Below, piece after piece: positions 35,592-64,000 of a DNA stretch of 64,000 nt. The stretch is from positions 573,839-637,838 of the forward strand of contig NW_019091359.1 of the NCBI RefSeq assembly GCF_001949145.1, read 5' to 3'. The position numbers and the translations under genes are program-made. The notes beneath the pieces are model-generated. The model saw only the letters and a program-made list of their open reading frames with translations. It did not search any database and was not told the DNA's origin. Origin of the DNA: Acanthaster planci (taxonomy: Eukaryota). The first letter of the stretch is position 1. The number at the start of each line of letters is the position of its first letter.

Positions 35592-35943
35592 CAGGCCTTG
35601 TGCTAACTTTTTTTCCTGGCTAGCTCACTGGGCTAGTTAACTGGATATTTTACAAGCCTGTTTAGAGTTTTACTAGCCCGTGTATAAAAAAATTAACGTC
35701 CTGTCCCGCGAGCATCACGTTTAAAAAAACACAAGTAAAAACACATCCACAACAACTCAGTTTTTGCGATCTTGTATTTATTACAAAAAGCATTATACAT
35801 GTATATTTTTATCACAGTTTTTACAGGTAGGCTTAGTCTGAATTTTTCACAAGCCCACCGGGCAACCAAGGAACCAAGTTAAGAAAGCCCGGAGCATTTT
35901 TCGCTAGAATTTGTACACTGGGCTAGTACTATTTCGAGGCCTG
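35592..35943. mobile_element. MITE (CAGG...CCTG ends, ctagccc subterminal motifs), same family as 45323-45675
   Basis: caggcc...ggcctg ends; shares gctaactttttt..tagc.cactg and gggcaaccaagga with the 45323 copy. Confidence 0.65.
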
Positions 35944-37256
35944 ACGTAAATGTTGAGTGACATCTGCATAACTTTGTATATATGACTATCTGTGTAGAGT
36001 ACTGAAGTGTGAAGTCATACTGAACAAGTGTAGTGTAATTGAATGGTGTACATGTACTGGTTCATGTGCTGGCCGGTTCTCCACTAATACCTTTTACACA
36101 CATAATTGTGCATGTGATGTCCTCACTTTGGTACTCTATAGTTAAGGTCCAACACACTACTTATGCAAATGTATGTCTTGATAGGCGATATTTTCCTACC
36201 ATGTAATGTTTTGAGAAATAAAGTAAGTCTGTATGATCACACCAAATATGAAAAATCCATTTTTTTTGCTTTAATTTCTTTGTTATCATTGATGACAGAA
36301 TGAACATTAATAGGGGCTCCTATTTTGTTGTAAATTGAGGAATATTCATGAAATGCATTCCAGTACATGTACATACACATGTACATGCTCGTGATGTGGA
36401 ACTCAAAGTCTTCCATTCAGAATGACCTGTGTGTGTACGGAAAAAGGGTACATGTAGGTGTATGTGTAGGTTTGAGATTGGACTACACGTTTCCAGATAA
36501 AGCAACGGCAATACAAGCTATATAAAACTTATATAAAATGGATATCAGTGGTGGACGGTCCAGTGTGCCCTTTGAATAGACCTCCACATTCCATCCTTAG
36601 CGGTTTCACCCGAGCCACTCAGACAGTAAGATCCATGTATAATGTACACCGCATCTACATGTATCGTTCAGAGAGTGATATTAGCTGTCATTTGAAATCA
36701 CTAACCCGATTTTAGCCTGACTTGCACTCCAATGTTGGACAAAAGCATAAGCTGTCTTCAAAGTGGAATAGCAATCCAGACATTTTCTGCGAATAAAAGG
36801 GTGGATTTGAATAAAGACTATAAAGAATAATTTATTCCTAAAATAGACTTGGACACATCAACATCTGGTCAAAATGTGAGCGAAAGTGATATTGAAACAA
36901 TTTCCTTAGACAGATACAAATGCCAAATAAAATCAAAGACAGATTTGTTCCCAATACAGCTGGGAATACATCATGCAATTGGACTTTCAGCAGTGATCCT
37001 GAAAGAATCCTTGAAATGAATACAAAAATACACGTCCTGACTCTTGATAAAATATGAACCACGCAGACACTACATTTTCTAGTGCCACTATTTAGATAGA
37101 TGCTTCTATATATGTGTATACTCTACATGTGACAGACATTTTGGATGGGGGGGTGAAAGGGTGACAAACTTTTGGATGAGTGTAAATAAGGGGTCCCTCA
37201 AAATAACTGAACTGTAGTACATACTGTTAGTTGTGACTCACGTCATATTAAGTAAG

Positions 37257-37403
37257 GGAATAAACATGTGCTGGGCAGGTTTTAAACATGCATTTAAGAC
37301 CAGCTCAGGAGAATGGACGTAACTAATGTCCTCGCCTGAACGGCTCAGGCATTATCAGCACTCGTTCTCCTGAGCAAAGTCTTAAACGCACATATTTATT
37401 TCC
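37257..37403. repeat. palindromic small element
   Basis: atttaagaccagctcaggagaa ... ttctcctgagcaaagtcttaaa inverted arms. Confidence 0.6.
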
Positions 37404-37599
37404 ATTCATAAATACCTTTTCATTCTGAGAGTCTAAAGAAGTCAACATATAATGGATTTCCAACAATTTTGTTCTAAAACTTTACTTCATTTTCCTGAGC
37501 ACCCCCGTCCAGTTTGTGGTATACATGTATCCCTTTTGAAAGTTGTCCACAGAATCCCCTTCAATGAACTTGGCATGCATGCAGCACATGCACACAGTC

Positions 37600-39120
37600 C
37601 CCTGACCTTTTGGGGGGTCAGGGGCCTGAGCCCCCCAGGTGGTCCCCTCCCAATGTGCCATGTTAAAGGGGACCCAACAAAGGAAGAGTGAGCTTGCGTG
37701 GATCCTCACGGGGTCAATTATTTTTATTATTCATAGACATGCATATGGGTACATTTTAAGAATTCATCTATATTGGTTGTTGATAATTGTCTCTATACTT
37801 TCCTCATGGCACATTTGCCATGATGCCAACGACTGAAAATAACAGATTGTTCAGCTGTGAAAGGACCAATACCCCAAGTAGTAACAGGTCCTCGGTGACT
37901 GAGAATAATCACATTAGCTTCACTGTAATCGTGATTCAGGGCATATGGTTTGGGTCATTTATTTTGATTTCAGAACAGTTTAAAGTAATGAATTCACTTT
38001 TGTACTGCGCTTTGTAAGTGAAAAACTTCACCACCGAGTAGAGGGCACTTTGACCATGGGAAACTCCAAACCCTTGTTGCAGAGGGGTTGCTATAAATGA
38101 GTTCAAGAACAGTTTGAAAGTAAGCATACCCAGGGGCATGGTGTTGATATACATTATTTCGATTTATTAGAAAGTCCTGATAAAAAGTGCAAGTACAGTT
38201 TACTGTTAGTTACTGTTTTTCCCTCAAATAATTATGTTGGTGTGAAAAACCTTCACCCACTTACTGAGGGCTTGTAAGACTCCCCCAAAACCCCATGCCC
38301 CAGGTTGCAATGAGGCCCCACTGATTGGAGAGAATAAAATCAACTACCTCAAAGTAATCTTGAGGTGGGGCATGAGGGTTGGGTATTTCATTCAAATTTC
38401 AGCATAATGAACTGACTGTAGCATCACCAGAGAATAATTAATTTCAACTCATCTCGGCAATGCTCAAGGAAGGGTCCTCATCTCTGTGACAGCACTCACA
38501 GACCAGCCCAAGAAGCGCTTGATTTCTGTCGTATGCCGACCACTGGTAAGCATCTCTGCTACTGGAACTCCTGCTCTCCCCTTTGGGGGTTTTCAATTAC
38601 GAAGGCATAGTAAAACACTCGCTTGTTTTAACCCACACTTGTTCTCACCATTGAGCTAGTGGCATCGAAGTACAAGAGGACTTTTTTCCACTCTATTAAA
38701 CAAAGAGCCACTTGCTCATCCATCATCACATATACCATAAAGGGAATTGAGGAAAAAATACTGGATGACACCTCCTCCTGAGTATTTGCAGTTTGGATAA
38801 ACGTCTTTTGTACACACAGTGAAGCAATTTGACCTCATGGAGAGCATTTTTGTGTAATTGTGTCCAACTGCTTGTGTCAGTGCTTTCCTCAAGATGTCCA
38901 TTGAGGGCCAAGTTGTCAAGTTTCCTGCTTATTTTTCATATTTTGCCCCAACCTCATGGAATGACCCATCCACATACATACATGTATCTGTAAAATATGA
39001 AATAACAAAACACCTGGGGACCTACTCAAGTTCATTTTTTTCCTTGTAGGGTCGCCTTTAACTTGGCACATCAAAGGGAGGGCACTTGGGGGCTCAGGCC
39101 CCCGACCCCATAAGGGTAAA
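37600..39120. repeat. pair of ~110-140-bp inverted repeats ~1.3 kb apart (possible large TIR element)
   Basis: ggggtcaggggcctgagccccccaggtgg...tgtgccatgttaaaggggaccc is the reverse complement of gggtcgcctttaacttggcaca...gggggctcaggcccccgacccc. Confidence 0.65.
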
Positions 39121-39392
39121 GTTTTTAAATTTTTAATCATGTTAATATTTGTCATCTCCAAAAAATCATCCAAGTACCCTTGCCATAAGCAGCTCCAACC
39201 CTAAGCTGCCCCTACCTAAGCAGCCCCAAACAAATATTAGATGCACCACTGCGGTGGGCAGAGTTGTGTGTGCATACATCACGCTGAATGGCAAAGTATA
39301 TGTATGTATGTAAATGTCAATACATGCGTGTGCATGGCGAAAAAGCTTTTTTTTTGTTTCTTTAGCATTCCATCATGTTAATAGGTCTGACT

Positions 39393-39934
39393 TAGTCCAA
39401 GTAACTTGGACTCTACAAATCGCCTTTAACATATGGATATGGTGTACAGTTTCAATATGATCACCACTATTGGACATGCGATGAGCCTCAGGAATCAGTC
39501 ATTGGCGCGTGTGCCGACATGGCATGCCTTTTGTGAGTGGTCTGCTAGGGCTAGGCCGGCGCGCCATACCATCATCTCCAGGACATTAACAACACAGTTC
39601 AAATCACTATTTCAACAAGATGGTGACACCAAGCTCGACAACAAGACCATTTCCGACTTGAAGGGAAATTTCTCTTTTCTTCCCAATGTGACTAAACTTT
39701 ATCATCATAATTCATTGTCGGAATCTCTGATTCTCACTTAATCCTTAGCCGGATGCATTAGACAGTTAAGGACCATTTTGGAGGTGAATTCAGAGGATTT
39801 GATTCAAGGTTTAAGCTATTTTGAGTGAAATGAATTAATGGGATGGAAAGGCTATGGAGGGTACCTGAACTCTATTATCGCCCATATCAAAATGTTAAGA
39901 AAGGCGATTTGTAGAGTCCACGTTACTTGGACTA
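39393..39934. mobile_element. non-autonomous TIR element with ~35-bp TIRs
   Basis: tagtccaagtaacttggactctacaaatcgccttt ... aaaggcgatttgtagagtccacgttacttggacta; imperfect 9-bp flanking repeat ggtctgact/ggcccgact. Confidence 0.75.
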
Positions 39935-41464
39935 GGCCCGACTTAGCCCCAGACTGGGGGCCAGTCTACTGGACTCCCTCCATATCTTTGGCCCCACAAT
40001 GGTCAATCCAAAAATAAACGCATGCTATGAAACCCCTTTTGTGTGTATGGATCACTCACTCGATCAAACCAACGTATTAATATGGGCGATTTCCAATTTG
40101 TAGAAGTCCGTGAAATTTTAGTTTCGATTTGGACCATTCATTTATTACATAGGCCTACAGCCATTAACTCCGACCCGATTGTTGACCGATGCCAAACACA
40201 GTCGGGATCTGTTTAGTCTGGGAACCGGACAGCATTAGAGACGGTGATTCCAACTGCTGTTTTATCACCGACTTTGTATCACTCGTAATGAAGCCTTGTG
40301 TGCATGCATGAAAGCAATGAATGTGTAGAAAACAACAGCCGTCAGGTATTTTCATGGGTGCTTGTCATCATTGTGCGAGATAGGGATTCAGACTCAGATC
40401 CCAGGCATCATATATTTTGGTTCATCATTCATCAACGTTCTTAGGCAATATAATGCTCTGGGGATCTACGTAATAACACTTTACTCTACAGTATCCTACT
40501 CTACTCCACTGGCTAGCAATTCATCGCAATCTTCTAAGTCATGGTTGTTGAACTTGAGTAAAGTCATGGCAAAAACACATTGCTAAGATATGTGTTCTGA
40601 CTGTTTTCACAACTAGTTCTCATTCCATCCTATAATAAGCTAGGCCTGATTTAGCCCCGATAGTCATGTTAGTGAGTAGTGTGGCACACACCCTCGCTCT
40701 CACTCAGCGAGTGTCCGTGCCACACTGTAGTGGGGCTAGGCCTGACCGAATTCTAAGTAAAAACAAATTTTGGAATTTAGGCCAGGGCCTAGGCCCGGGC
40801 CCTACTCGCCCTCCCTACCAATTGTTACATGTTCTGCAGGGCCAGTCATGCTATTGCCAGTGCAGTGCTCACGGGTCACTGCTCAAATTAAACAATCCTC
40901 AACACTAACTACTAAGTTTTGGTAGGCCTACTACTAGCCTAGTGCTGATGAATGACCTACAGCACACAGTGTACATACAGACGAGTTGCCCATCCGTTCT
41001 GGAACTGCAAGTGTTTTATTCCTCCATGGTTGAACCATAGAGCAAGGAACAGACTAGGTACGTTGGGTATGTAACTTCCTGTTTACCATGTGTGTTTACC
41101 ATTAATTTAACACCGGCACCAAATGGGTTTGTCGCACAGGGGCCAAACGGTGCACATAGCTCTAAATTATGGATTGTCCGAAATCGGCAGTGTCTCCGTT
41201 CCAGCCTCCACCCAGTAGTATCTCCTACTGACGTTTTCAGCTCATTTTAAAGTTTGTTGTAAACAAATTATGTAATTATACCTTTTAGATGTGAAAAAAA
41301 TGAAGTACTTAAAATTACAGGTTACTAGGAATTTCGATTTGAGGAACACCGTTACTGCAACAAAGCCGAAATTTAAAAAAATGAGGGATGATTGCACCTA
41401 CCCAGACGTATCTCTCACGATGATAATTTGGTTGTATTTGGTCATTGAAGCACCATACTATGTC

Positions 41465-41550
41465 TTCAAATTCTGATTGGACGTTTTCAATCCGAAACCG
41501 TAAAGCTGCCGCGCGGCGCGCTGCTCAATCACCATTTGATGATTTTTGAA
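41465..41550 (+). promoter_or_regulatory. putative CIT core promoter: inverted CCAAT, CpG-rich box, CHR-like TTTGAA sites
   Basis: TTCAAA 41465-70, ATTGG 41476-80, gccgcgcggcgcg 41508-20, TTTGAA 41545-50; a candidate non-coding first exon ends at ag|gtaaga (41604). Confidence 0.45.
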
Positions 41551-41784
41551 ACAGCCTACCTCACCTGTCAATACTTGTAATGCTTTTGTATTGACTGCTT
41601 TTAGGTAAGATTAAAGAGTTCCATGTATGAACATCACTTATTTTCCCTTGCAGTAGTTTATTAGCCGTCAGAAAGTTATAACATTTCCTAAAAAGTTAAA
41701 TTAAATAAGCCTAACGCCTGAACGTAGTGAACTGAAATTATAATTGTAGCAGACACTGAAGGCCTCGACCATGTACATCATGTA

Positions 41785-41853
41785 GACCCGTAAACAGGGC
41801 CGTCGTATAGAGGAGTAGACGGAGGAGTATTCGTCGGACCCTGTTTACGGGTC
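41785..41853. repeat. hairpin with a perfect 15-bp stem
   Basis: gacccgtaaacaggg ... ccctgtttacgggtc. Confidence 0.8.
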
Positions 41854-41869
41854 AAAAGAAGGCCTAGTC

Positions 41870-42117
41870 TAGTCTGAGTAACTTGAACCCTACATGGTCA
41901 GCCTTAGACAGTTTAACTTCGTCATGTTCGTCACTTGAAGGACCATTTTGGAGCTGAATTCGGAAGATTTTAATTCGGGGTACGAATTGTTTTGAGTGAA
42001 CGCATTAGGCCTTCGGCTTAATGAGCAAAAGCCTGTGGAAATAGGCCTACATGGTCGCCCGACAAACTTTAAAAAAGGCGACTTGTAGGGTCCAAGTTCA
42101 ACTAAAGTTACTTGGAC
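41870..42117. mobile_element. internally deleted copy of the 39393-39934 element
   Basis: Shares gaccattttggag.tgaattc...ttttgagtgaa and aaaggcga.ttgtag.gtcca...gttacttggac. Confidence 0.65.
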
Positions 42118-42682
42118 ATGTTGGAGAGTCGGACTACCCCTACCTGCCTACACTATCTGATGATGTCACCTGAACGCTACATACATGTACTATGTAGGCC
42201 TAGGCCTGGCTATGAACAATAATCATGATAATGTTGCCTGTTCTGTGTATTGTTAAATTCTAACATTTACCTTGATATTTTACAAGATTTTGTTCATGGT
42301 TCAATTTTTTTCAATGAATCAAATGCTGGCTTCAGTTCAAATTTTAACAATTTTGAAATTGGAAATTAAATAGAGGAGCTACAGCGTGCAAAAAAAGACA
42401 CATTTTAATCAGAATTTCCTATTTAAGAAAATAAGTTTCCAAATAGTGCCCTCACTCATACTCACTTATTCATGTCCCTATCTACGATCATGACCAGATG
42501 ACGATGGCTGTTGGTGGGACTTCGAAAATTTGTGTACGCACAATGCATGCGAAGTTAACAAATCGCCTCATTCTTATTAAATATTTTGACATGGTTGGCG
42601 ATACTAGACTGCTATCAACTCGGTCATGTTGGGATATTAAACTCAACCGTTGAGGCAAATTGTCCATTGGGCATGTTGGGAC

Positions 42683-42727
42683 ATTTTATCAAAATAAAAA
42701 CAATATTATTTGTATATTATAATATAT

Positions 42728-42772
<45 letters not shown>

Positions 42773-42811
42773 TTATATATAAAATATATATTTTATCAAA
42801 ATAAAAACAAT
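42683..42811. repeat. (TA)n-rich microsatellite between 22-bp direct repeats
   Basis: attttatcaaaataaaaacaat at 42683-42704 and 42790-42811. Confidence 0.85.
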
Positions 42812-43550
42812 TTATCAAGTTGCCTGTTCAGACATGTCAAATTTTGACACAGCATGGACACAGAGACAACTTGACTGTGCCAAGTCATGAACAAGTCGTG
42901 TTTGGGAATATTTGCGTGCGTCACGATGCATTGCGACTCGGCATACATGTAATGTGTGCAAGAACCTGGTGACACAACGTGCATACTGCATTAGGCTTGG
43001 ATGGTATTTCAATATTAGCCAATACTAGTGGCAGTATTTTTTCAATGCCAAAAAATAGGCCTACTGACTGGTGATCTATAAATACTGGCAAATACGGTAT
43101 GGAATTTCAATACCATGGTATTCTTGCTAATATGCCTTGAAAATAAAGGAAAAACCACTAATCTTTGTATTTCACTCTGTTCTCTGTGGTACAAAGCATG
43201 TCATCCAGTGTCATGTCTGCATTGTCATATGGGCTTGACGCGCACGTGCATTTGGCAAATCACAACACCCTATTGGTTGAAGAGGCATGTAACGCACGCA
43301 TACCACCTGTCCACGAGCCTTGTGCCACCGCAGTAATGGCTTCTAATTCTGGTGGTCGAATTACACAATAGCATTAAAAAACTTATCACAATATAATTTG
43401 CCAGTAATTGCTGCATGCCTACATGTAGATAACCCAGTTTGATCTCATTACAGTGAATCATGTTGGTAAACTCATTGTGTGCTGTCAGAAGATTTATGTG
43501 AACCTTAGCGAATTTCTGTTTTGATGATATGATTAATTCACAGCAACACA

Positions 43551-63724
<20,174 letters not shown>

Positions 63725-64000
63725 GTAACAATATGATAGTCACATTACTTGTGTTGTGGAATATTAGCCTTGATGACATTTCACCAATTAATGGTTCAGT
63801 TGCAACCCTTTGTTGCTTGCTGCCTGAATGACATTAAAACCTCAAATGGATTTCTCTGGAGAGTCATTTTTAGTACTTGTACAATATTTTGTCTCACAAC
63901 TTTGTCTTTTGAACACATTGAGGACAACCTCGGAGCAACATTGCTACTGGTACAATGAACAGGCCATTTCAGTACTTGGCTAAAGCAGGTTACCACCCTT

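Overview
Eukaryotic (metazoan, probably invertebrate) genomic DNA with spliceosomal GT-AG introns, scaffold gaps and many small transposons; no prokaryotic systems. Three blocks. (1) About 0.3-23 kb: a tandem array of intronless, atypical class A (rhodopsin-like) GPCR genes on the + strand (one complete, two broken by assembly gaps, one 5'-deleted fragment). They alternate with heavily decayed minus-strand copies of what appears to have been a leucine-rich-repeat receptor gene, so the duplicated unit seems to be [GPCR-> <-LRR gene]. (2) 31.5-35.1 kb: a single-exon 1221-aa minus-strand ORF with an N-terminal BC-box/Cul2-box-like motif, TPR-like helices and a beta-rich C-terminus, preceded by a decayed DIRS-type retroelement. 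It appears to lie head-to-head with block 3. (3) 43.5-64 kb: the first 21 coding exons of citron Rho-interacting kinase (CIT), which continues beyond the window. All assignments come from reading and hand-translating the sequence; no database searches were run.
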